This document shows positions 15,794 through 24,441 of a stretch of 64,000 bases of DNA, in pieces; position 1 is the first letter of the stretch; each line of letters starts with the position of its first letter. Where the stretch lies: the NCBI GenBank assembly GCA_965224245.1, contig OZ245046.1, forward strand, positions 4,640,001 through 4,704,000, read 5' to 3'. A program made the translations under genes and the position numbers. The notes under the pieces were generated by a model. The model saw only the letters and a program-made list of their open reading frames with translations. It ran no database searches and was not told the DNA's origin. The DNA comes from Candidatus Eiseniibacteriota bacterium (lineage in GTDB: Bacteria; Eisenbacteria; RBG-16-71-46; CAZAMP01).

Positions 15794-18679
15794 ATGAAGA
15801 CCCCGACCCCGACCCCGCGCCGTGCCCTGCCGGGCCACGGCCGTCGCCGCATCGTCCGCGGCGCGATCCGGGCGACGATGACGCTGTCCGCCGCGCTCGC
15901 ACTCCCGGCGTGCGACCAGTCGATCCCTCCGATCCCCGAGGCACCGGCGCCCCGGCCGCTGGCGCCGATGACGCTCGTCGACCGGAGCGTCCAGGGCGAG
16001 CGGGGCGTCTTCGGCGGCACGTGGTGGTACGACGCGGAGCCCCACTCGGTGCGCTACAACGACGCCTTCTCGAAGCTGAGCGTGTTCAGGTTCGACGACG
16101 TCACCGTGGATGCGATCGCCATCGAGCAGCCTTCCGCACTCGGTCCGCCGTTCGAGGGATACACCGACCGACTGGCCATCGCCGAGATCGAGGCCTACCG
16201 CCGCGACGATCCCACGTCCTACGTGCGCGACGACGGTGACCTCGCGCGCGCCGCCACCGTCACCGGATCCTCGACCGCGCCCGGTACGTCGATCGAGCGC
16301 GTTCACGACGGTCGCCTGATCGCCGAGGACGCCGACTCGACGGCGCTCTGGCGAACGATACCGGGGCCCGGCTCGCACTGGATCCGACTGGCGTGGGCGC
16401 GACCGACGACGCTGAACCAGCTCGTGTGCTACTGGCCGATCGTGATGCAGTCGGGCCGCTGGATCGGAGATCCGTCCGCGCACGAGGGGCTACGGCCCGA
16501 GCTCGTGCGGCTCTGGGCGTGTCGTGATGGATCGTGGACTCTCCTCTCGGCGACCGAGGAGGGACCGGACGCGCGCTACGATCGCTACTTCCTGAAGGAG
16601 CTTCTGGATGGAGCGGTCGCCCCCAGCTCGCGGCTCTCCCACATGGACCTGCTCTCCGACTGGCAGCACCTGGACGGACCGAGCCCGGGCGCGGCGGGCG
16701 ACTCCGAGACGCCGATCGGATCGGACTGGGTGATCGCATTGCCGCCGGACGCCGACACACCGATCCGGCTGGCCGCCGACGAGCTGTCCACGATGCTGAT
16801 GCGGACGTTCGGCGTGGAGACCGTGGTCGATTCGAGCGGCGCACACGACGCGGCGCACACGATCGCGTTCGGCCTGCTCCAGTCGCCACCGCCCGGATGG
16901 GAGCGCGCGGTCTCCGAGGCCGATCGCGAGCGCGTACGTGTACGGTGCGATCGAGCCGAGAGTCACGCCATCGTGACCACCCCCGAGCGTGTGTTCGCCA
17001 TCGGGGTCGACGCGATCGGCGTGCGGTTCGCCGCATGCCGGATCGTCGAGTGGCTCGAGACTCGTGGACTCCCGGCCCTGCCCCGCGGCGTCCGAACGTG
17101 GTCACCCCGCGTGTCCCCGCGGATCATGTCCGGGGTGTCGTTCGGACGGGGCGGTCCGGATCATCTCGGCTTCCCGGACGCGTACCTGTCGCTGATGGCA
17201 CGAAACTACCTGGACGCGATCTACCTGTTCCAGTCGATCCCGTTCCTGGACGTGACGCAGGTGGTGGGCTCGGAGCTGGCCGGCGTCATCGGCGACGTGC
17301 ACAAACGCGAGCGCATGCGTCATCTGATGGCGCGCGCGCGAACGCATGGGCTGGGCACCTACTGGTGCGTGGCATTGCCCGGCGCCTACTCGCCGAGCTT
17401 CTTCGAGCGGCATCCGGAGGTGCGAGGCGGCAACGTCGCCCCCCACGTCGTGTGCCTGTCCACGGAGCTGGGTGAGGCGCTCGTCCGCGAGTCGACGCGG
17501 CGCATCCTCGAGACGTTCCCCGACCTCACCGGTCTGGTCGTTCTGCGGAACGAGTTCTCGCACACCTGCGGAGGCCGCGCAAACTGCTCGAACTGCGTGG
17601 CCGAGACCACGCCGGCCACCGACCCCAATCAGCGAGTCTTCGCCTGGATCGTCGAGGAGGTGCGCGCCGCGGGGAGTGCGCTGGACGTGGTGGCCTTCGA
17701 CTGGCGCGCGGGCGGGCTGCCGGCGCCGGACCCCTCGCGCCTGCCGATCGAGGTGGACCTCTGGGTGCGTCCCGGACCGATCGCCCGCGAGACACCCGAG
17801 AACGACGTACGCGTCGTGCGTGTGGAGCCCGAGCTCGGGGCGCAGCTCGAAAGCCGCGGCGCGCGACGCGTGTGGGTCGAGGATCAGCTGACGCACGCGT
17901 TCCCGATGCACGCCGTTCCGGAGCTCGCCGTTCCTGAGCTGTACGCCGCGCGCTGGCAGGCGCTCTTCGACGTCGCGTCCCGCGACCGCGAAGCGGCCCC
18001 GATCGCGTTTGCCGGCGGCAACGGCAGCGGCTTCCTGCCCACGCCGATGACCGACTACGCGCTTCGAGAGCTGTTCTGGGAGACCGGCGAGTCGGAGGAC
18101 GAGAAGCTGGATCGCGTGGCCGCGCGGTGGTTCGGTCTCGAGGCGGTGCCCGCGGTCCGCCGGGCGTGGTGGACGTTCGCGGATGCGTTTCGCTCGCACG
18201 CGCGCTTCCCGAAGTACGTCTCGCGGCACGCGCTCCGCGAGCCGATCACGACCCTGAGCCCGGAGATCACCGCGGAGATGTGGTCGTCGCTCCGCCTGAC
18301 GAGCGCGGAGTGGGACGACGGGCTCGCCGCTCTGGACGAGGCGCTCTCGTCGTGCCCGCCCAACCGCCGCCGTGTCGCCGCCTGGAGCGAGGGCTTCGCG
18401 CGCGCGGTGAGCCTGTCGCTCCGGAGCCTGTGCAACGCGGCGGGGATCCGCGACGGCTGGGATCGCGGTCAGACGGCGGGATCGCGAGACGAGGCCGAGC
18501 GCGCCGCCCGGCAACGGCGACGCATGGTCGAGGCGGAGCTCCTGAACACGCGTGCCTACATCACGCTCGTGCACGATCGCAGCGAGATGCGCCAGCATCC
18601 ATTCTATCGCGACGCGTTCTCGCTACCGGTGCTCCTGGAGAAGCTGGCGACGATCGAAGCGGAGGTCGCGCGGCGGTGA
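15794..18679 (+). CDS. Large lipoprotein, glycoside-hydrolase-like (discoidin-like + GH20/GH67 N-terminal-like + TIM-barrel domain)
   Basis: Lipobox-like LPAC. HDG...LW...HWIRLAWARPTTLNQL is discoidin/F5-8-like. RLAADELS...ESHAIVT...AIGVDAIGVRFA is hexosaminidase domain-2-like. FFERHPEVRG...VCLS and HTCGGRANCSNC follow. Confidence 0.6.
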   Translation: MKTPTPTPRRALPGHGRRRIVRGAIRATMTLSAALALPACDQSIPPIPEAPAPRPLAPMTLVDRSVQGERGVFGGTWWYDAEPHSVRYNDAFSKLSVFRFDDVTVDAIAIEQPSALGPPFEGYTDRLAIAEIEAYRRDDPTSYVRDDGDLARAATVTGSSTAPGTSIERVHDGRLIAEDADSTALWRTIPGPGSHWIRLAWARPTTLNQLVCYWPIVMQSGRWIGDPSAHEGLRPELVRLWACRDGSWTLLSATEEGPDARYDRYFLKELLDGAVAPSSRLSHMDLLSDWQHLDGPSPGAAGDSETPIGSDWVIALPPDADTPIRLAADELSTMLMRTFGVETVVDSSGAHDAAHTIAFGLLQSPPPGWERAVSEADRERVRVRCDRAESHAIVTTPERVFAIGVDAIGVRFAACRIVEWLETRGLPALPRGVRTWSPRVSPRIMSGVSFGRGGPDHLGFPDAYLSLMARNYLDAIYLFQSIPFLDVTQVVGSELAGVIGDVHKRERMRHLMARARTHGLGTYWCVALPGAYSPSFFERHPEVRGGNVAPHVVCLSTELGEALVRESTRRILETFPDLTGLVVLRNEFSHTCGGRANCSNCVAETTPATDPNQRVFAWIVEEVRAAGSALDVVAFDWRAGGLPAPDPSRLPIEVDLWVRPGPIARETPENDVRVVRVEPELGAQLESRGARRVWVEDQLTHAFPMHAVPELAVPELYAARWQALFDVASRDREAAPIAFAGGNGSGFLPTPMTDYALRELFWETGESEDEKLDRVAARWFGLEAVPAVRRAWWTFADAFRSHARFPKYVSRHALREPITTLSPEITAEMWSSLRLTSAEWDDGLAALDEALSSCPPNRRRVAAWSEGFARAVSLSLRSLCNAAGIRDGWDRGQTAGSRDEAERAARQRRRMVEAELLNTRAYITLVHDRSEMRQHPFYRDAFSLPVLLEKLATIEAEVARR

Positions 18680-18724
18680 ACGGTCCCGAGCCGGCCGGCC
18701 CCGCGCCGGCCGGCAAACGGGCGC

Positions 18725-19822
18725 TCAGTCCTCGAGCGCCCAGTCCACGAGCCCCCGGAGAAGCTGGCGGACCTCGTCCGGATGCCGCTCGGCGAACTCG
18801 AACAGCGCGGTGCCGATCCACGCCACCTTGCCGTGTCGGCCCAGAGGATCCGCGTAGCGGGTGACCACCGGCATGCCGTCGAACGGTGCGCCTTCGGTCG
18901 TGCCGCACGGGATGCCCTGCTGCTCGTACGCATACGCGTTGGGGATGTAGCGGTACAGCACCTCGAAGCCCGACTGCGAATACGGAAGCTCCGCGATCGC
19001 ACCGTTGGCCACGATGCCGCGCGGATTGTCGGCGCCGGACCAGATGTCGGCCCACAGCGCGACCCGGGTCGGATCGTAGCCGGTCGGCTCCGCGATCCCG
19101 GCCGGCAGGCCGGCCGCCAATGCCGCGGGCGTGGCCTCGAGGCCGACGAGCCCGCCGCACGCCAGCGACACTCGCTGATCGGATCGCCCCACGCGATCGA
19201 GCTGGGTGCGGAGCTTCACGACGTCCCACACGAAGGAGCCCGGTCCGAAGTTCGGATCGTCGTAGAGAGGGAGATCCGGCGTGTAGGGCTCGCTCGGATA
19301 GAAGTCACCCAGCATCGCGCCGATCGTGCTTCGGCCCCAGATGATCACGTTTCCGCCGGCCCGGAGGTAGTCCGTCAGCACGTCGCCGAAGGGCGCGAAC
19401 GGGCTCGGATCGGTGGCGTGGCCCAGGACGCTCCCGCGGCCGCTCGCCGCGCAGTTCCACAGGAGAAGTCGGTAGCGAAGGAACGCCGTCAGATCCGGAT
19501 CCTGGGGCTCCGACACATCGATGCACGCCTCGAGAAGGCGGTGGCCCTCGAACTGAGGCACCTCGGCGCCGGGACGTACGTGACCCGCCAGCGCGTCGGC
19601 GATGATCGGCCCGATGATCGCGTCGTGCTCACAGTCGTCGAGCCCGGCGATGCGGAAGTCGTCCACCCAGAGTGCCGGCTCGCTGAAGCGAGCGGCTCCC
19701 TGCAAGCGTTCGGACGTCGCGTCCTCGTCGGGCGCGGTGCTGGGGGCCGGACCGGGATCGTCGGCCGGCGCACAGCTCAGGACGAGCGCGAGGGTGAACG
19801 CGGAAAGAGAACGGATGCCCAT
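18725..19822 (-). CDS. Lipoprotein, stand-alone paralogue of the C-terminal domain of 9730..12195
   Basis: GGAGGG SD, then MGIRSLSAFTLALVLSC lipobox. Collinear identity blocks shared with the larger lipoprotein. Confidence 0.8.
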   Translation of the reverse strand: MGIRSLSAFTLALVLSCAPADDPGPAPSTAPDEDATSERLQGAARFSEPALWVDDFRIAGLDDCEHDAIIGPIIADALAGHVRPGAEVPQFEGHRLLEACIDVSEPQDPDLTAFLRYRLLLWNCAASGRGSVLGHATDPSPFAPFGDVLTDYLRAGGNVIIWGRSTIGAMLGDFYPSEPYTPDLPLYDDPNFGPGSFVWDVVKLRTQLDRVGRSDQRVSLACGGLVGLEATPAALAAGLPAGIAEPTGYDPTRVALWADIWSGADNPRGIVANGAIAELPYSQSGFEVLYRYIPNAYAYEQQGIPCGTTEGAPFDGMPVVTRYADPLGRHGKVAWIGTALFEFAERHPDEVRQLLRGLVDWALED

Positions 19823-20125
19823 GGTTCCCTCCGGGGTTGGGACTCGGATGGTCCGTCGCGGTGGGGACACCGCGAACCGCCTGGGAGGTGAGTAGATACT
19901 GTGGCATGTTGAACGACGTGTCAATACGGTTTGGCTACCGTGGTGCGGGGTCCGCGGAGGCGACTCGTCGCTTCCCCGGCCGCGCGCGCCGGTATATAGT
20001 CGTTGCTCGCATTATGGCATCGCTCGCGGCCCAGAGCCGCCAGCCGAGCCTCGAGAGCCGCCTCACCGGGATGCGCCGACCGAGCCCGACGAATCCCGTG
20101 ACCCCGATACCCTCCGGAGGTCCTC

Positions 20126-22399
20126 ATGCCGACGATCGAAAGCACCCCTGAGTTCGTCGCCAGCACATACGCGCGCATGGCCGAGAACCTCGCCGTCGTC
20201 CGGGGCCGCCTCGGCCGACCCATGTCGCTGGCCGAGAAGATCATCCTCTCGCATCTGGACGCGCCGCGAACCGCCGAGATCTCTCCGGGCGAGGCCTACC
20301 TCGAGCTCCGGCCCGATCGGGTCGCCCTGCAGGACGCTACCGCGCAGATGGCGCTGCTCCAGTTCATGCAGGCGGGACGATCCGAGGCGGCCGTGCCGTC
20401 GACCGTGCACTGTGATCATCTGATCCGCGCACACCACGGTGCCCACTCCGACACGCAGACCGCGCTCAACGAGAACAACGAGGTCTACACGTTTCTCCGC
20501 GACACGTCGGCCAAGTACGGGCTCGGATTCTGGAAGCCGGGATCGGGGATCATCCACCAGGTCGTGCTGGAGAACTACGCGTTCCCCGGTGGCCTGATGA
20601 TCGGGACGGACTCGCACACGCCGAATGCGGGCGGCCTCGGCATGTGCGCGGTGGGGGTCGGCGGTGCGGACGCCGTCGACGTGATGGCCGGCTTCCCGTG
20701 GGAGGTGTTGCAGCCGAACATGGTCGGCGTGTACCTCACCGGCGAGATGGACGGGTGGACGGCACCCAAGGACGTGATCCTGTGGGTGCTCGGTCAGCTG
20801 ACGGTCAAGGGCGGCACGAACCGCATCGTGACCTACTTCGGACCCGGCGCGAAGACGATCAGCGCGACCGGAAAGGGCACGATCTGCAACATGGGCGCCG
20901 AGCTCGGGGCCACCTGCTCGCTGTTCCCGTTCGACGACGCGATGGCCCGCTATCTCGAGGCCACGGGGCGCGGCGAGCTCGCGCAGCTGGCACGAGCGAA
21001 CCTGAACCTGGTCACCAACGACGCCGAGGTCGAGGCCGATCCCGAGCCCTACTTCGATCAGCTCCTGCGTCTGGACCTCTCGACGCTCGAGCCACACCTC
21101 GTGGGACCCCACACGCCCGACCTCGCGCGCGAGGTGTCCGAGATGGCCGGCGCGGTCCGGGAGAACGACTATCCGGATCGCGTGTCGGTCGCACTGATCG
21201 GAAGCTGCACGAACTCCTCCTACGAGGACATCGCACGTGCGGTCAGCGTGGCCGAGCAGGCGATCGCCCACGGGCAGAAGATGGCCTCGCCGCTGATGGT
21301 CACGCCGGGATCCGATCAGGTGTACGAGACGATCAAGCGAGACGGGCTCCTCGACAAGCTGGAGGCCGTCGGAGCGCGGGTGCTCGCGAACGCATGTGGA
21401 CCGTGCATCGGGCAGTGGCGACGCGACGAGATCAAGAAGGGCGATCCGAACACGATCGTCACGTCGTTCAACCGGAACTTCCCGGGTCGAAACGACGCCA
21501 ACCCGAGCACGCTCGCGTTCATGGGTAGCCCGGAGATCGTGATGACGTACGGCCTGTCGGGACGGCTCAGCTTCAACCCGTTCACCGACGCGCTGAGCGC
21601 ACCGGACGGTACCGAGTGGACGCTCGAGGCGCCGCCGAAGGCGCCGGAGCTGCCGCCGGACGGCTTCGTCACCGCCGATGAGGGCTACGTCGCCCCGGCG
21701 GCGGACGGCTCCGAGGTGACGGTTGCGGTCTCTCCGCAGAGCGAACGCCTCCAGCTGCTGGAGCCGTTCGCCGCACCGAACCTCGAGGACTTCCGCAACA
21801 TGCCGTTGCTCGTGAAGACCCAGGGCAAGACGACGACCGATCACATCTCGCCGGCGGGACCCTGGCTCCGCTATCGCGGCCACCTCGACAGGATCAGCGA
21901 CAACATGTTCACCGGGGCGATCAACGCGTTCGGCGGCGAGCGTGGCACGACACGGAACCTCGAGACCGGCGAGGGCGACCAGCCGATCCCGGCCGTGGCG
22001 CGTGACTACAAGGCCAAGGGTCTCCGCTGGGTCGTCATCGGGGACGAGAACTACGGCGAGGGATCCAGCCGCGAGCACGCGGCCATGTCGCCGCGCTACC
22101 TGGGCGCCGGCGCCGTGGTCGTGCGCAGCTTCGCCCGCATTCACGAGACCAACCTGAAGAAGCAGGGCGTGCTTCCGTTCACGTTCGTGGACGCGGCCGA
22201 CTACGACAAGGTTCGCGAGACCGACCGCTTCTCGTTCGATGGACTCGACGCTCTGGCGCCCGGCCGTACCGTGACCATGACCATTCATCACGACGACGGC
22301 AACGCGGACCGGGCGGTTCTGGCCCACACGCTGAACGAGGATCAGGTCGCGTGGTTCCGGGCCGGGTCGGCCCTGAACCTGCTTCGCGATCGGAGCTGA
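20126..22399 (+). CDS. acnA: Aconitate hydratase (mitochondrial-type, about 750 aa)
   Basis: QDATAQMA, HCDH, DSHTPN, GSCTNSSYED, ACGPCIGQW, TTDHISPAG, GEGSSREHAA. GGAGG SD. Confidence 0.95.
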   Translation: MPTIESTPEFVASTYARMAENLAVVRGRLGRPMSLAEKIILSHLDAPRTAEISPGEAYLELRPDRVALQDATAQMALLQFMQAGRSEAAVPSTVHCDHLIRAHHGAHSDTQTALNENNEVYTFLRDTSAKYGLGFWKPGSGIIHQVVLENYAFPGGLMIGTDSHTPNAGGLGMCAVGVGGADAVDVMAGFPWEVLQPNMVGVYLTGEMDGWTAPKDVILWVLGQLTVKGGTNRIVTYFGPGAKTISATGKGTICNMGAELGATCSLFPFDDAMARYLEATGRGELAQLARANLNLVTNDAEVEADPEPYFDQLLRLDLSTLEPHLVGPHTPDLAREVSEMAGAVRENDYPDRVSVALIGSCTNSSYEDIARAVSVAEQAIAHGQKMASPLMVTPGSDQVYETIKRDGLLDKLEAVGARVLANACGPCIGQWRRDEIKKGDPNTIVTSFNRNFPGRNDANPSTLAFMGSPEIVMTYGLSGRLSFNPFTDALSAPDGTEWTLEAPPKAPELPPDGFVTADEGYVAPAADGSEVTVAVSPQSERLQLLEPFAAPNLEDFRNMPLLVKTQGKTTTDHISPAGPWLRYRGHLDRISDNMFTGAINAFGGERGTTRNLETGEGDQPIPAVARDYKAKGLRWVVIGDENYGEGSSREHAAMSPRYLGAGAVVVRSFARIHETNLKKQGVLPFTFVDAADYDKVRETDRFSFDGLDALAPGRTVTMTIHHDDGNADRAVLAHTLNEDQVAWFRAGSALNLLRDRS

Positions 22400-22431
22400 C
22401 GCCCGCTCGCCTCGTCTCCGGGAGGACGGGT

Positions 22432-23169
22432 ATGTTCCCACTACGTGACGACATCCCGTCCTACCGCCCACCCGTCGTCACCACGGCGATCGTCGTGGCC
22501 TGCGCGCTCGTGTTCGTGCTGGAAGTCCTGGCCGGGCCGACGCGCTCGGAGCTGGTGTTCACCTGGGGACTCGTTCCCGCCCGCGTGGTGGGTACCTTCG
22601 CGCGCGATCCGATCGACCTCATGGGGTGGCTCATCCCGTTCTTCACGTCGATGTTCCTGCACGGCGGCTGGTTTCACGTGATCGGCAACCTGTGGTTCCT
22701 GTGGGTGTTCGGCGACAACGTGGAGGATCGGTTCGGGCACGGACGGTTCCTGTTCTTCTACGTCTTCTGCGGTGTCGCGGCGGCGATCGTGCAGTTCCTG
22801 TTCGACGCGGGCTCGCGCATTCCGATGGTCGGCGCCTCCGGCGCGATCGCGGGCGTGCTCGGCGCGTACATGATCTTCTACCCCCGCGCGCGTGTGCTCA
22901 CGTTCATCCCGATCTTCTTCATCCCGTACCTCATCCGGGTGCCCGCGGTCGTGTTCCTGGGCATCTGGTTCGTCGAGCAGCTCCTGGCCGGCGGGATGTC
23001 CCTCGGCCGGGCCGACGGCGCCGGCGGCGTGGCGTGGTGGGCGCATCTCGGGGGCTTCGCGTGCGGCGCGCTCCTGGCGTTCCAGGAACGGGAGCGCGGA
23101 GGGCCCGGTCGCAGGCGCGTGGAGATCCACGACGACTGGCTCGACCGCCGGCGGCGACGGCGGTTCTGA
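22432..23169 (+). CDS. Rhomboid family intramembrane serine protease
   Basis: MFPLRDDIP start, SMFLHGGWFHVIGNLWFLWVFGDNVEDRFG, GASG catalytic Ser, WWAHLGGF catalytic His. Confidence 0.93.
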   Translation: MFPLRDDIPSYRPPVVTTAIVVACALVFVLEVLAGPTRSELVFTWGLVPARVVGTFARDPIDLMGWLIPFFTSMFLHGGWFHVIGNLWFLWVFGDNVEDRFGHGRFLFFYVFCGVAAAIVQFLFDAGSRIPMVGASGAIAGVLGAYMIFYPRARVLTFIPIFFIPYLIRVPAVVFLGIWFVEQLLAGGMSLGRADGAGGVAWWAHLGGFACGALLAFQERERGGPGRRRVEIHDDWLDRRRRRRF

Positions 23170-23723
23170 CCCGGCGAGATCCGCGACGGCGAAAGAGGAT
23201 GCGGCCGGGGGACGCGGATCCCGGCGCTCGCCACGAGCGTCCCTCCCCAGAGCTCTCGTTCTGGTCGCCGGGATCCACGAAGACCTGCCGCCGGGGGCGG
23301 GCATACGCCCTTGAGGGCCATTGGACCCCCGTCGATCAGAAGTATAGATGCTGAATCGACATCCTCAAAGTTAAAAACACTCTTGGCGATGGATGTATTG
23401 GATCACCCAACGATGAAACCTCCGTCCCTGACCAGGCGTCCTACACGTACGTTCGTCCGTCGCCGGCACCGCGACGTCCGACGCGGCGTGGACGGGCACA
23501 AGCCCCAGCCAAAAAACACGTTAGAGCGTCGGATCCAGGTGACTCCGGACGGTCGATCCGTGTCCCGGAAGGTCGTGATCGGGCCGCGCTTGCGGAGAGA
23601 CGTCCTCGTGGGCGACAGTTCCCGCGCGTCCGGCATCCGATCGAAACACACGAGGTACTCCGCGCCCTGGGCGCGTGGCGCCCCCGATCTCGCTGATCGG
23701 TGGCGCATTGGAGGTAAGGACCC

Positions 23724-24434
23724 ATGTTCTTCGATCCGCTCTGGCTCCTCTTGATGGGGGTCACGATGGCGCTGAGCCTCTGGGCCCAGGCCAAGGTGAA
23801 GGGCGCCTTCAAGAAGTTCAGTCAGTTCCGGACCCGCGGGGGGATGACCGGCGCCGAGGTCGCCAGGCGCATCCTGGCCGAGAACGGCATCTCCGACGTG
23901 CGAGTCGAGCCGGTGGGTGGTCGGCTCACCGACCACTACGACCCGCGCACGAAGGTGCTGCGTCTCAGCGAGCCGGTCTACGCGAGTGACAGCATGGCCG
24001 CCGTGGGCGTGGCCGCGCACGAGGTCGGTCACGCCATCCAGCACGCGCGCGCCTACGCGCCCCTGAACTTCCGATCGTCGTGGGTGCCGGTGGCCAGCAT
24101 GGGTGGCAACATCTCGATGATCATCATCGTGCTGGCGTTCTTCATGGGCGGCGCCGCGACCGCGGCGGGCTCTACGCTGGCCTGGCTCGGCGTGCTCCTG
24201 TTCGCGACGACGACCGTGTTCACGTTGATCACGCTCCCGGTGGAGTTCGACGCGAGCCGCCGCGCGCTCGTGACCTTGCAGCGCGGTGGCATCGTCACCG
24301 CCGACGAGCTGACCGGCGCCAAGAAGGTGCTGGACGCGGCCGCGCTCACCTACGTGGCCGCGGCGGTGGCATCGGTGCTGACGTTGATCTACTACATCTT
24401 CCGACTCGGTCTCGTGGGCGGTCGCGACGACTAG
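23724..24434 (+). CDS. YugP-family membrane zinc metallopeptidase (Zn_peptidase_2)
   Basis: LTDHYDP, VAAHEVGHAIQH, TLPVEFDASRRA, AAALTYVAA. GGAGG SD. Confidence 0.93.
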   Translation: MFFDPLWLLLMGVTMALSLWAQAKVKGAFKKFSQFRTRGGMTGAEVARRILAENGISDVRVEPVGGRLTDHYDPRTKVLRLSEPVYASDSMAAVGVAAHEVGHAIQHARAYAPLNFRSSWVPVASMGGNISMIIIVLAFFMGGAATAAGSTLAWLGVLLFATTTVFTLITLPVEFDASRRALVTLQRGGIVTADELTGAKKVLDAAALTYVAAAVASVLTLIYYIFRLGLVGGRDD

Positions 24435-24441
24435 CGCACAC

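Noticed and set aside
12066-15797. 1243-aa plus-strand ORF and many other long ORFs (e.g. 128..2050, 3242..5080, 20063..22471, 28273..30279, 34731..36989, 48517..50835)
   Set aside because: Arg/Ala/Pro-rich shadow frames overlapping well-supported genes. They are expected in very GC-rich DNA and carry no recognisable motifs.
19909-19924. TTGA-N8-TCAA inverted repeat between the lipoprotein gene and aconitase as an FNR/CRP site
   Set aside because: The spacing does not fit TTGAT-N4-ATCAA, and 4-bp arms are too weak to call.
23311-23754. 147-aa ORF upstream of the YugP-type peptidase
   Set aside because: No motifs, atypical composition, no SD, and it overlaps the next gene's start.
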